A DNA stretch of 64,000 bases from contig CM022670.1 of NCBI GenBank assembly GCA_012295275.1, forward strand, positions 19,902,001-19,966,000, given 5' to 3'. The notes below the pieces were generated by a model, which ran no database searches, was not told where the DNA came from, and was given only the letters and a program-made list of their open reading frames with translations. Each line of letters begins with the position of its first letter. Position 1 is the first letter of the stretch. Both the position numbers and the translations under genes were made by a program. Origin of the DNA: Chrysomallon squamiferum (Eukaryota > Animalia > Mollusca). Of the stretch, positions 26,874 through 40,500 are shown piece after piece.

Positions 26874-29345
26874 TGAATATGAATTAATACAATGAATATG
26901 CCGTTGTCTCTGCACGTAAACAACATTTCATTATGCAACTGGTCAAAGTCCTTTGATTATATCTTCACGAATGTCGGACCAGACTTGATTGCACTTAATT
27001 TCCGTATTAAAAATTAATACTTTGATATGGCTCTACCACTTAAATAATATTAAAAATTGGTCGAGGGTATTAAAAAACCGGATATATCTTAATTAAGTTC
27101 ACACTGGTCATAGTTACTCTGAATTAAATATAAATAACTATAAATGAAATCTTTTATTATTGAATGCAGAAATATTTACAGTAAATGGGGAAATGTGTAT
27201 TTCTGTTTACATAAGTTGTCATAAATTTATTTCATTTTATTTTAATTACTTTTATTAACTCTTTTTTTTTATATAATTTGTTTGTGTTTGTGTTTGTTTG
27301 TTTTTTTTTTTTTTTTTCTGTTTCAGTTATTGAAACAAAATATTATTTCTCATCTTGCTATTTAATACTACTACAGCAGAGTTCGTTTTAGTATTTTTCT
27401 CTGCTCTTATTCACCTTTTCTCTGAAGTTCTTTCATTTTTTTGCATATTTTTTTTTTTTCAAATGTTTATGGCTTAATGCCAAACGAAATTAACACTGTT
27501 TCAGAGAATGGTGGCTCTGTTCATTTACGACTCTGAAAAAACTCATTTGTTGGAATCTAATGCTATTTAAAAATTAACAACTCGCTGTGTCGCGATTACA
27601 TGTTAATACTAATGCTGATTATATGTTATTAGCATTACCAAAAGTACAAATTTATTTATGCTATCATTATAAGCACAACCACTATAACTGCTGCTACTGT
27701 TAATACTATTATCAGCACTATTACTGTTACCATTATTATTACTACTATAAAACAGGTTATATTGCTAAGTAATCCAGTGTGAGCCTGATATTTTAACCGC
27801 TTCTACAGGCTACTATACTTTTTTCTCACTCTGATATAATCGTCTCTGTGTATCATTAAAAAAGAATAATATTTCTATGGCACAAAAAATATTTTAAAAT
27901 AAAATGAGTCATTTTGAACTGAAGCTATGAAAGAAATGTTATTATTCTGCAGTAAAATGTTATTTTAAGAAAATTGCGAGAAATTTTAGTCCCAGACGAT
28001 TGTTTTCTTAAGATAGTTGTGTTTATTTGTCACATATGATGCCTGAGTAGATGTAAATACAAAAATATTTATTCAACGTTAAAGACATCGGTTAATTCCA
28101 AATATTCGCAGTTGTAAGATTTAATGTCAAACTGAAAGCTTTTTGACAAATGGCTAATGCACTGGTAACTTGCAGTTACTGCTTATACGAGGTTCTAATT
28201 TGTGCACACAAGTTCTGAAGTTACACAGAAAATGATGGGTTTAGAACAGTTGTGTTGCATATTTGAGTTGTTTCATATGTATGTTTAAAATAATGTGTAA
28301 TACTCTAATATCCTTAAAACACAGGAATAACGAACAGCCGAATTAATAAGTGTACAATAAGTCAATAAATGAATGATGATTGAATCTACGAAAGAAGAAA
28401 TACATTTTTTATTTTCTGTAAAAAAATTATATGTATGTGTTTGTCAGTTCGTTAGTGCGTTATCTTTAACCCACTGAATCAAAATGCTGAATGATTGTAA
28501 GAAAGACGATTCGCTTTTGTAACATCACAGGCTAATGTTAACAATTTACATCAACAATTGTTTGATGTGCTCATAGACAAATCCGAATATTTAACTGTAA
28601 TTGTTTTGGGTTTTCTTAATTACAAAATGTTTAATGTTGGATTTCTTCTGTACTTTTGCTGTATATATCAAGGTTTATGTGTTAGACGTAAAGGGTGAAT
28701 GAGTGTGTGTGTGTGATTTAATTTTCAAAGAACATTAATATTGATTTAGCAGTTGACGACAACTGGTCAAAAAGAAATTATAAAGATTTCATGCATCTTG
28801 CTTTATTTTTGCGGCGAAGGTATGTCAAAAAGTGTTTAATCTTTGAACTAAATTTTTTGGACAAGCAAAAACGCTGCTTAAACGCTGCTATGACCGGCAT
28901 TCTGGAAATTTTGATTGATTCTGTCTTACTGTCTCCAGTCTCTTGTTCGGTCAGGGTCGAGTTGAAAGGAAAGGTTTAACAAGTCGTGAAAAGCCTGTCC
29001 TGAGCCACAAACATGTCGCAGACTGGCTCTGTTTTACTGTGTTTTCAGAATTTATTATCTAACAGACCTCATCCGTCGTCTTATCCGCTCTTGCCATGAC
29101 AGTATCCAATATTCCAACATGTCGGTGAGGCGTAATTGAATTACCTTTGAAAGAAGTCCAGTTGTTTCGTGGACTGCACGTAAACTTTACAAACAACAGT
29201 GACATTAAATTTAGTTAACAACCGTTGTTGGAAAGAAGGCGGGCCTGTTGCTTTAATTTAATTTTCCTTCTTTCTTATTTTCGTCTTCTTGAATTAGAGT
29301 TTACATCTGAACAGGAAGTCCAATTTGAGTCCAAAGTATTCGTTC

Positions 29346-29381
<36 letters not shown>

Positions 29382-30445
29382 TTATTTATTTATTTACGTG
29401 CTTAGAGTCTCTACCGTTTTCTGTTTGTTTTCTCTTTTTTCTTCTTTTTTTTTCTTTTGGGGTTTATTTTAGACTGCGGAGCTGGCTTTTTTATTTTTAT
29501 TTTTTTTTTATAATTTTTTTTTATTATTATTTTTTAAAATTATTATTATTGTTATTATTATTTTTTTTTTTTCAATTCTGTGTTGAGAATTGATTTTAAT
29601 TGCCATTTTGTTTTTCAGTTTTGATGATGGGATTTTTTAATTTTATGCTAATTAGCAATTCATCTGACAGACTATTTTTTTATAACAATAATTCTGTAAT
29701 GGTATTTGCAGATCAGAAATTCATTTATCAGTGAATAAGCGTCAAAAAAACAACAACAGAACACTAACTTGATAAAACTTGATGTGTTTATGTCTAAGTC
29801 TAATATCCTTGTCTGAGCCTAGGATTAGATATTTACAATGTCGAGAGTAAAAGTTGTCAAGATTGATACACATTTTATTCAATAGTAAAGTCATAAATTC
29901 ATAATTATATTCCACCAAGACCTTGTGTAGCATTGTCCGATCATAAGAAAATAAATCGTTACCAGTTGATAAATGATATGATCATGAAAAAATTATGGTA
30001 TTACCACTTTTCAGCATATGTTCTGTATTACTGGTTACAAGGTATTAATCCTATGTTTGCTGTATAAAAGCGTTATGAGAGAAATAATTTGTTCAAACTG
30101 TTCATGCACTCTTATCGATTAGGAAAAAAGTACAAGCACTTTACATGCTCCTTTACGTCGAAGTGGCAATAATTCAGTTAGTTAATATGGCCGAAATCGA
30201 GGTCAGATAGGCCTAGTCAGTCGGGGTCGAAGTATCAAATCATTCAGTTCGGATGGTCAATCGAGGTCGAATAATCAGATCATTCAGTCGATATCAGCTG
30301 GTCCTTGTCAGTAAATTAACCATGTGAAAAAGTTAGTTAGCCAATATCGGCGAAGGTCAATCATTGGAAAAATAGCAACTAAACATCTGTTTGAACTGAA
30401 ACCAAGTATCTAACATTACTAAATAGTCAGTACTAAGACACTTAC

Positions 30446-30648
30446 TTATTGCCACCCATGTCATGACGCAGTTTAGACATTCGCAGAAGCTCCAGACAGA
30501 TGGCAGTGTAGGCGATGATCATGACGATGACGGGTATGATGAAGACGACAACGAGCATGTATACTTCAAATAAAACAGCCAACGTGGGATTCGGCCATTC
30601 TTTCACACACCAGTAGGCTTTGCGTACTGAACCCACCTCTTTGTGTTT
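30446..30648 (-). CDS. GPCR-B exon 4: ECL2-TM5
   Basis: tttttctcccag| … AA|gtaagt. 203 nt (same length as in GPCR-A) reading KHKEVGSVRKAYWCVKEWPNPTLAVLFEVYMLVVVFIIPVIVMIIAYTAICLELLRMSKLRHDMGGN. Confidence 0.93.
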
Positions 30649-30817
30649 CTGGGAGAAAAAAGAAAAACGACAATCATAAAATTAAATCTGCCTATAAAAG
30701 AGATGTGGAATATTATACTCATTTTATTTAAATATCCTTTGTTTATTTTACTCTGTCTCTCAATCCCTCCCTTCCTATCTCGTAAAATATTTGTCTTTCT
30801 CCTTACATCTTTCACCA

Positions 30818-30824
30818 TCTCTCT

Positions 30825-30918
<94 letters not shown>
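30818..30918. repeat. (CT)n/(AG)n microsatellite inside the 297-bp intron 3 of GPCR-B
   Basis: Directly visible. Confidence 0.95.
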
Positions 30919-30922
<4 letters not shown>

Positions 30923-30945
30923 CAACAACATACGTCTTTACTTAC

Positions 30946-31069
30946 TTGTCCAGCTAAAATAGGTGTTGCCATAAAGAAAGACAAAATCCAGGAAACAATT
31001 ATTACAATTCGTGCATGCGCTCCTGTACACAAGGATTTGGCTTTCAGTGGCAGTATAATGGCGATAAAC
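30946..31069 (-). CDS. GPCR-B exon 3: ICL2-TM4
   Basis: ttggtttcag| … CAA|gtaagt. 124 nt reading (R)FIAIILPLKAKSLCTGAHARIVIIVSWILSFFMATPILAGQ, giving ERF instead of ERY. Confidence 0.93.
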
Positions 31070-32052
31070 CTGAAACCAAGAAAAACTGTATTTATTTCCA
31101 TCCTACTTTATAAAAGGTGTTTAAATAAATGATATATATAAATTTGTTCAAACAGGTGTGTTTCTTTGTTCATTTCCTTTTGATAATTTTTAATGATTCA
31201 GTCAAGGATAAAATTTAGAAACCTTGAAATATGCGTAAAAGTAAAATTTAAAACTATAATGATAAATAAATGTAATACATTGCAGCTGTTCATACAATGG
31301 AAAATAATAAATGGAGCATTCAGTTAGATGTGTTTGTGTGTGTGATAGAGATTATGTAATCAGTGATAGAAGTGGGTATTTGAAAAAATAAAATAATGGA
31401 CAGATTTCATTCTTGAGCTCTTTGATCAACTTATTTCACAAATCAAAAGACAAGGCCCTTAACGTCAACTCACACACTTATTTATATGTATGTGCTGTTG
31501 ATGATATTTGATAAGACTTAATTTCTAAAAAAAATTCTCATCATCATCTTTATCATCAATCTTCACCATTGTATCTTTTTTTTTACAATTAAATTAAATA
31601 AAGCTGTACGTTAGTTAGGATCATTTCGTGTGTGAGCGGCTTAAGCAATTACGCATTACATGAAGCGAAATTCAGTTTCATTACGTTACTTAAAAATGTT
31701 TTGACGGATTAGCTTCAGTTTCAGTTTCCAGTTGTTGTAACTTTCATTGAAGCTGTCGCTCTCTGTGTGACCCTGTGTTATTCAATCTTGTAATGGTGCC
31801 AGATTTAGAATCGTGGCGTAACTTTGTTATTTAATTAGATAAACGTGATGTTTTAAATTTGCAGCACAACACAGTTGCTTTCAATAAGCTTACAGATTCA
31901 AAATTAATCCTAACTTTCTGCATTTATATTTCATCACACATTATTCTTAATTTTAATTTTATTTTTCTAAGTTCCAAAAAAAAACCATTGGATTTAATTT
32001 TCTTTTTTCTATTTTTTTTTAATTTTTATTATTATTATTATTGTCCATTTAC

Positions 32053-32104
<52 letters not shown>

Positions 32105-32599
32105 TTATCTCTTTTAATTTATTTTTTTATTTTTTGTAAGTTTTTAAATAGTTTTTTTTAATTATTTTTTAATTATTATTATGATTATTTTATTTATTTA
32201 TTTATTTATTTATTTGTATGTTTATTTGTTTTTATTTATTTATTTATTTTTCTGAAAATAAATTTTTCTGTCTTTTTTCATCTTTTGTATGCCTTATTTC
32301 TTTACCTTAGATGTATCCTTCGTACATGTTTCACTTTACCTTCAGTTTTATATTTTTACCAAATATTACTAATTCCTGTCCTGTGAATAAATATGTATTT
32401 TGTATATAGATCCAAGAATATCTACTTATTCATATAACTAATTAACTGTTCGTCTCTTAATCATAGTTTCTGTTTCCTTACCAGATGATTAAATTTTCTC
32501 TTGTGCCAAAAGAATCAGCTAACCCCTTCCTAAGTTTATATTTGCATAATTATATGTCTGTAAACTTACACATGTTTGTGCTGAACTATAGTTATTACA

Positions 32600-32940
32600 G
32601 GGAACGTGACTGATGGGGTCGTTAGACCAGTTTTCGCTTGAGAGATAATTTACCTATTTTTCTTTTCGTCCAGTGACCTGCGTCTGGGTTGTTAAAGTTC
32701 ATTGATTGTACTTTCCTGTTTAAAGGAATGTGCATATAAAACATTCCTTACTATTAATCCTAAAACAATGGCCTTTCGCATTCGCATGGTATAGCGTGTT
32801 CCCTCTCTACTTAGTTCCGTGGCTTGTATTTGTTTGATAAAGTGTCGTGATTATACTTTATATAAATGACGCCATATAATCTTAGATAAAAACAAAATAA
32901 AAATAAAAGTGCGTCGTAATGTAAAACGCATCCTTTTTCT
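32600..32940 (+). mobile_element. Decayed near full-length SINE copy
   Basis: Core TTTCCTGTTTAAAGGAATGTGCATATAAAACATTCC is similar to the 6447 copy. Tail TGACGCCATATAA…GTGCGTCGTAATGTAAAAC is similar to the tail at about 56890 (TACGTCGTTAAATAAAACATTTC). Confidence 0.5.
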
Positions 32941-34265
32941 TCTTTTGGCCAGAAACAACTAAAAAAAATTACACAGATGCCAGTCAAGATCTCACATATA
33001 TCAAACTCATTGCTATAATTAATCCAATTTCACTCTAATGACTTGTTTACTGGTGCCATATTTGGCACTAAATACAGTTCAATCCTCGAAACCTTTTCGC
33101 AACCAATGTGCACTATTAAAAATAATGCAGGGAGATAGATGATAAAGATGATCCCTGAAAAAGCCTTGTTTTGTAATCAGAAAATTTCTAGACGTTTTTT
33201 TTTTTCGTGTAATAATGTTTGATAATTCTATTGGAAAAAGTAAAAACAGTTTTTAATATCGGCTTTTATTTGTCCATGTAGTTTCATTTTCGTAACTTTA
33301 GAAAGAAAACCAGATTCTCTGGAACCCTTTTCAGGTCCGGCCTTGTGTACGAACATTGCTTTTTGATATAAAAGTTAGCAGTATTGATGCAATTTTATTA
33401 CAGTTTCTCTGTGGATTACTTGGTTGGTATTGAATTTGGCTCAGATTCACATTTGCCTTCTGTAATTTTGCTACAAGTTAGAAAAACACGGAAAAGAGCA
33501 TTTCGTCTGACGGTCATCCAATTATCGCTAACCGCCAGATGTTAGCCCGGGACGAAGCGTTGCTCGGTCCAATTTCTCGTGTTGTGTTTACGCTGTAAAA
33601 GTGTTTGACGTTATCTCACATTTTCACCACGGTGGTGTTGTCAGAATATTTATCACGTTTCATATAAGTAAAATGCTTCGTTACAATTTTGTAATTTTTC
33701 TTAAAATGATAGCGTTGACTTCTTTTCATACCGTTTAACTTGTAATTACTATTTTTTATAATATCTTCTGCTATTTCTGCAACACTAAAACTACTATTAC
33801 TACAGTTACTACTACAACCACTATCAACAATTAGTATTACAATTATTACCATTTGTACTATTACTGTCATTAACACTACCGGCGCTCGTGGAATATTTGT
33901 CAATATCAAGAATTAAAAATCAGGTTTTTGACAATTCTACTCCAATTAAGGAATTTTCGCATTTTATTTTATTTTTTATTATTTTATTTTATTTATTACT
34001 ATAACATTTTGTTTTTCTTTTATATTTCGAAGATCTCAAATCCTTGAGATGGCGCCTTCTAGCATTTGGCGCCCCGGGAAAACTGCCCGAGTTGTCAGAA
34101 CCTTTAGCCAATCCTGAACACGATTATTATTACCAATATGGCTAGTAATACTAGTAACAGGGCTATGCTTAACACCACTGCTACTACCGCTGTCATTATC
34201 TTTCTATATTTATTACTACTACTGCTATTATTATAATAATCTTTAACAAAAAATAATTAAATTAC

Positions 34266-34387
34266 CTTTCGATGCTCATAACTGTTAAAGTTATAACAGA
34301 ACATAGAACTGACACAGTCTGCATGTAAAAAACAAATTTACACAGAAACCAGCCAAACGCCCAGGTGAAGGAGAAAAAAGCAGCACA
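34266..34387 (-). CDS. GPCR-B exon 2: ECL1-TM3
   Basis: ttttttttcag| … AG|gtaat. 122 nt reading CAAFFSFTWAFGWFLCKFVFYMQTVSVLCSVITLTVMSIE(R). Confidence 0.93.
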
Positions 34388-35883
34388 CTGAAAAAAAAAA
34401 TGAAAAAAAAAGATCCAGTATATAATATAATGTTTCTAACTATGAATTATGTTTACCATACACATATTTAGATATTACTGAGTATATAGTATATTATAAT
34501 TTTCATAAAGTATAGTAATTTTATATATGTGTACTTAGTAATATCTAAATAAATATATCAAAAACACAACTCATAGTCTAAAACATTATGTTATATTCAT
34601 ACAGTTAAAAGTGTCTAAATAAATATTTCATACTAATATAATTAATACTTTAAAAAAAAAAATGTATTAACGCAATAAGATTAGAATATAAAATAGTGTT
34701 ATATACACAGTAATGTCTAAACTAAAAAAAAATAACCATTAATATAATTCATAATTAAAAGTGTTAGTTTGTTGAAATATAATCTAAATTATCTAAATAA
34801 ATGAAACATAGCAATACAATTCATACTTAAGCATATTTAAAGAATGAATTAATGTTTACAGACATCCCAGCTTACAGATAGAAGTATTTTTTTTAAATAT
34901 TACCATTATTTATATTCAACAATAACTTGCTAGGCAAATAGTCAAAATTATATAATCAGATAAAATATATTTTTAAAATCAAACTCAGAAATATCCAATT
35001 AATAAAACATATTACACAAACTAAACTAAAATATTAGTATTGTATAAATTATGATTAATACAAAATTAACATAAATATCATACACTCCAAAATAAATAAT
35101 TAAATTATTTTCACTGAATCACATCCTCAGCAAAAGAGGTATTTAACACAAATATATATATTTTTATATATCTAAATTAATACTACATAATACAGGTTTA
35201 AATATGAAGTATTATTATAGGACCTGAAATGCGGTACTGCCATTGGTTGATTTAATATGATCAATTTCTTTACACTTGATAATGAATTGGTTATACATAT
35301 TACAAAACCGTTATTGTTGTTCTTCTTCTTCTTGTAGTTGCTGCTGCTGTTTTTATTTTTCCTATTAATATCATTATTATTATTATTATCATTATCAGAA
35401 TCATTATCGTTACCATCATAATCATCATCATCATCATCATCATTATTATTATTATTATTAATCATTAATGTGCATGAAACGTTGGGTTACAGGTGATCTC
35501 TTTGTAAACAGTCTTATAACTGAGACGTTAACTCTATTCAGAAGAAAGAACATTAATCAAATAAAATGAAGAGTATTTACTGTTATGTTCTTGAAATCGC
35601 TTCAGATTTGCATTTTAACAATATTATGCAGAACACCGTTTCGATGGCCAGCGCATGTTCAAAAAGATAGTATAATTTCACACGTAAAAAAAATGGAGAA
35701 AAGGCGAGACAGTGAATTGAAATAAAAGATTAGAGCAAATTGACTTGGAAAGTAGCATATTGACAGAGGCTTGGAATTTATTATTGTTATTTTAAGTGAC
35801 TAAATCTTCCATTATGCCTAGCAAAGAGGGAAAGATAGATGGATCGATCGATCGATCGATAGCTAAATAGAAAGTTAGAGATA

Positions 35884-35936
35884 TGGATGGATGGATGGAT
35901 GGATGGATGGATGGATGGATGGATGGATGGATGGAT
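35884..35936. repeat. (GGAT)n tetranucleotide microsatellite
   Basis: Directly visible. Confidence 0.9.
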
Positions 35937-36544
35937 ATAAGTAGGTAGACAGATAGGAAGGTAGGTAGGTGGATAGAGAGATAGAGATAATTTAGTCTGT
36001 TCTGTATATGCCATAGCACGATTCATCATGCTGCGTGGCATTTGAAAGCTAAATTCACTATAGTGTTTTAATTAACACAGCGTTATTGTATTAGAGTAAC
36101 GGAGGTCGTACACTCATGAGGAAATGCTCTAATGAAGATTTCACTAATATCATTAGTACTTAAGTCTTAATATCGTGTATCATGCTATAATAAAGATTCA
36201 AACGTTATATTGTCTGACGAGCAAGACAGAAAATGTTGTTATTTTTATACAGAAGGAGAAAGAAAAACCGCCAAATGCGGCTATTTGAAGAAGGATCTTA
36301 TCATCTGAAGAAATGATTTTGAGATGTAAAAAAACAGCATGCATTAGGCTCCCATATAGAGAGTCAGTTACACTAAAAAAAAACGTTTGTTGACTTAAAT
36401 GCATCTCTCTCTCTCTCTCTCGCTTTATCTCGCTCTCTCTCTTGCTCACTCTCGCTCTCTCTCTCTTGCTCTCTCGCTTTCTCTCTCTTGCTCTCTCTCG
36501 CTCTCTCTCTCTCTCACACACATACACATACATGCACACTCATA

Positions 36545-36605
<61 letters not shown>

Positions 36606-37391
36606 ATGACCTGAATTCATCAGCAGTTTTTATAAAAGATCAGTCTACAACAACAATACAAATTAGGCGCCGTTGACAAGAAAGATAATATCACGTCATT
36701 ATCGAGAACAAGCAAATTTGCATTTTCAGTAAAAGAGACTGATTAGAATACGGAAAGAAAGAACTTAGGCAGACAGCTTAAGACATAAGGTGAGCGTTTA
36801 TAGCTTTTGAAGCAGAAAAATTTGGAAAGACCGTGGAATAGACACCAAAGATTTAGACAAACTGACTCTGTCATAATTCATTCATTATAAGGACATTCAA
36901 ACAGACATATCAGCTGATCTGGAAACCTTCCCTCGATCAGATACAAATATTAAAACCAAAAGATGAATAACTTTTCATTTGAATGATTTCAAAATACAAA
37001 AGGTGTTCCCTTAGTTTTTCATTCCTGTGTCCTACAGTTAATTATGTTTTACGTGAATCGATACTTTTTCTAAGCAGTTCTCTTAGTCTAACGAAAACAA
37101 GATTATTTCTTTCACTATTTGTATCACTGCAATACTCCATCAAGTTGCATTTATTAATCGATCTCTTCATCTCCCCCCTGTCTGTATGAGTGTATGTCCC
37201 ATACATGCATATATAAAGATATAAATACATACAAAACATAGCATAGAATACATAGCAATTATAAAAAAATTGCTATTTGAACTTAGCTATTTATGTAACA
37301 GGTGCCTGCATATTGAGAATAAGATAGTTCATCATTTATTCTGTTCCTTATTTATTGTTTATAGCATCAAAATAATTTTATTTTATTTTTT

Positions 37392-37525
<134 letters not shown>

Positions 37526-40500
37526 GTTGTTTAATATATAATGGATATCACCAAAGTGGAATAGATATATTTATTCTGTCATATTTCACAGTATTTGTAA
37601 ACACTTCTATTATTAAACTTATATGTTTAATGGTTCCAATCAGTTTTGTTGTGTAAAATTTGCATTTCTTCATCAAAATAAATATTAATTTTCTGGTAAG
37701 GATTATTTACATTTACAATCATGATGAAGATAATGATATGAAAATGTTATTCTCAAGATTAAAAAATAGAAATAAAAATGATTTCGCATGTCAATGACTT
37801 CAGACTATCCTAGCCTAAGGCAAAGATTTTCAACACTGTTTTGGCTTTATCTGTGATCAGTATAATAACTCTGTGTGGATAATTACAGTACAGCAGAATA
37901 ACAGCATGATTTCAGAGAAACACATTAAATATGTCGGTAAATGTGTATGGGTGTCTGTATGTGTGTATGTGTGTATGAGTGTATGTAGTGTATGTACGTA
38001 TGTATGTATGTGTGCGGGTAAATATGTAAGAGTGCAACTATGTGAATGTATGAATATGTATATATGTGTGTGAATACTTACATATGCATATTTGTTGAGT
38101 ATTTATATCTGAGAGTTTGTGATTAGAAATTCTATACAATGCCGGCTTTCAGTTCACTTCAGAAAAGAACTGCGAGTATGTTAAAAGCATAAATGAAAAT
38201 GTTAAAATTTCTCACATACAACAAAATCACATTAACAATAATATGTCCATCCCAGACAAAGATTAATCATTCTACTCCTATTCATTTCATTTTAACTCGA
38301 TTTAATGTCTGTCTTCTTTCTTTATCATTGCATCTTCACAACACCATTTTCCATTTATCCCCCCACATTCTCTCTCGATCTCTTTTCGTACTATTTTTTA
38401 CTGTCGATTTTGTACCCTAACTTCGTTACGTATACGCGTGAAACGTGCGTAACAGTAAATAATCTTATAAAATCATCGATCGAATTTTAAATCGAGAGAA
38501 AAAAGTAATTCGCTTTAACAATAGGACATTCTGCTCCTTTCTTTCATACACGAAACAAAATGAAGGGAAATAAGTTATATGGCGCAGTGCAAGTATTGGG
38601 AAGCAGTCGTACGTGTAACCTATTTCACAGTTTAATTTGTTCTTGGACGTTCGTTTGAGCTAACGTCAGAAAATGAAAAGCATTTGAGTGTTACAGTTTT
38701 CTGCACTATCTTCATTAAGGCAGTTAAAGGAAGAATTAACACAAGAAGGATATGATTATGTTTAAGCTGTGTGTGGATGTCTATGTGTTTAGTATGTATG
38801 TTTGTTTGTGTGTATTTATGTGTGTGTGTGTGTATATGTGTATGTGTGTGTTTGTTAGTCTGTCTGTTTGTGTGCATGTATGCATACGTATGTATGTATG
38901 TATGTTTGTATGTATGTGTGAGTCTAATATTATGCGATATGATTGTGATGGCATATTCATAAAAAAATAATTGTATATATAATATTCCGTAGCAAAATTT
39001 AGATTTTCTGCTAGCTACCGTCTTAGTCTGTTATATTCAAATTTCTTTAAAATTCTTCTTTGTATGTTCTTGGTTAGTTGATAATTGTGAAATGCCGTGT
39101 ATGTTTGTTGTTGTCCTCCGTCTTGTCGTCCACATTGTTTGTTATTTTTATTATCTTTCTTCTTCTATTTAAAGCTAATGAGCTTTTTGGTTTCTTAACG
39201 GGAGATCAAATGATCTCATTAAATACTTCAGATAGCTGAATATGAATGACAAATATTATCTTCAACTACTTTTTGTTCTCTAGATATCATTATTTGAAAA
39301 ACGGCAAGCGCACTGATTCAGTCGTTAAAACTTTTTCTTCAACTCCTCCTATGATCATGATAATTATCTGTTTCCTTCGATCTTGTTCGTTTTACTATTT
39401 TTTTATTATTCCTTTTTGGACCATTTTATACCAAGAAATATAATATTTTGGCCCGCAAACATGAAATGGAATACTTGACCTGGAAACATTACAAATAAGA
39501 TTTTTTAACAGGAAACAAAAAATAATCAATATCTAAGCTCAGCCCATCCACCCACCACCAAAAAATAAAGAAATATTTGACCTTGAAAAAAAAAAAAATG
39601 AAGATATATTTGTATTGGTAAAAAAAAATTCACGAATATTTAACCTTGAAAGAAATATCAGATCTAAAAAAATTATTAAAAAGAGGAAAATTTGACATGT
39701 TAACAATATTATTTAAATTGTTTATTTACTGTACGTGAATGTTTATTGTAAACCATAAATTTAGCACTTTGTTCCATTAAAAGCAGCAAATTTTAACTGC
39801 TGGCTAATATGATGAGTTAAGTGATAAAAGGCATCGTAACTAAACGTAATTCTACTTTACTGCCAACGCCTATGGTTTTTATTATTTTTATTATTACAAA
39901 TGTAATAAAACGTTATTATACTAGGTGATTTCACAGACCTTTTCAATATTAGCCACAAAACATTTACAAAAGTTATAATCATCCTTATAATCAAGTTTAA
40001 AAGTGAATGGCTGTATTTTTTCTAATTAGTAAGATGCCATATTTCAGAGACTTGGTAATCTAGACTGTTTCTAATTAAATTCGCGATACAGATTTAATGA
40101 GGGTTAATATCCGAAAAATTCACACTAAAGATTTAATACAATTTCATGGGCTGGAACCATTTTTCATTTCTCTCCCCACTCACCTATGGTTTAGATCAAT
40201 GAAAGGAAACCAAACAAAAATGTTCAACCTTACTGTTAATGAAAATAAGATATATCTTTAATTCTTCTTTTCTTCCTTGTTTATTCTTTTGATCTGATTT
40301 TTATAAATATGAAGTTTAAATAAAAGCAGATTTTTTTCCCTTAATGGGCATTAGACATTACAAAAGAATTATCGATGAACGGATGAATTATATTGTTTCA
40401 TTTGCTTTTTTATTGTTTTATTTTTTTTTATTTTTTTTTATATATATTTTTTTTTTTTTTTTTTTTTATTTTGTTCTTTTGTGTGTTTGTTTGTTTTGTG

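Noticed and set aside
34045-34120. GC-rich GGCGCC…GCGCCCCGGG…CCTG segment resembling a MITE end (similar end at about 33330-33345)
   Set aside because: No matching opposite TIR or TSD was identified.
39870-40170. Possible decayed TTAA-type non-autonomous DNA elements (also about 27860-28130, 45520-45790 and 46470-46760)
   Set aside because: The resemblance rests on memory only, and termini could not be demonstrated within the window.
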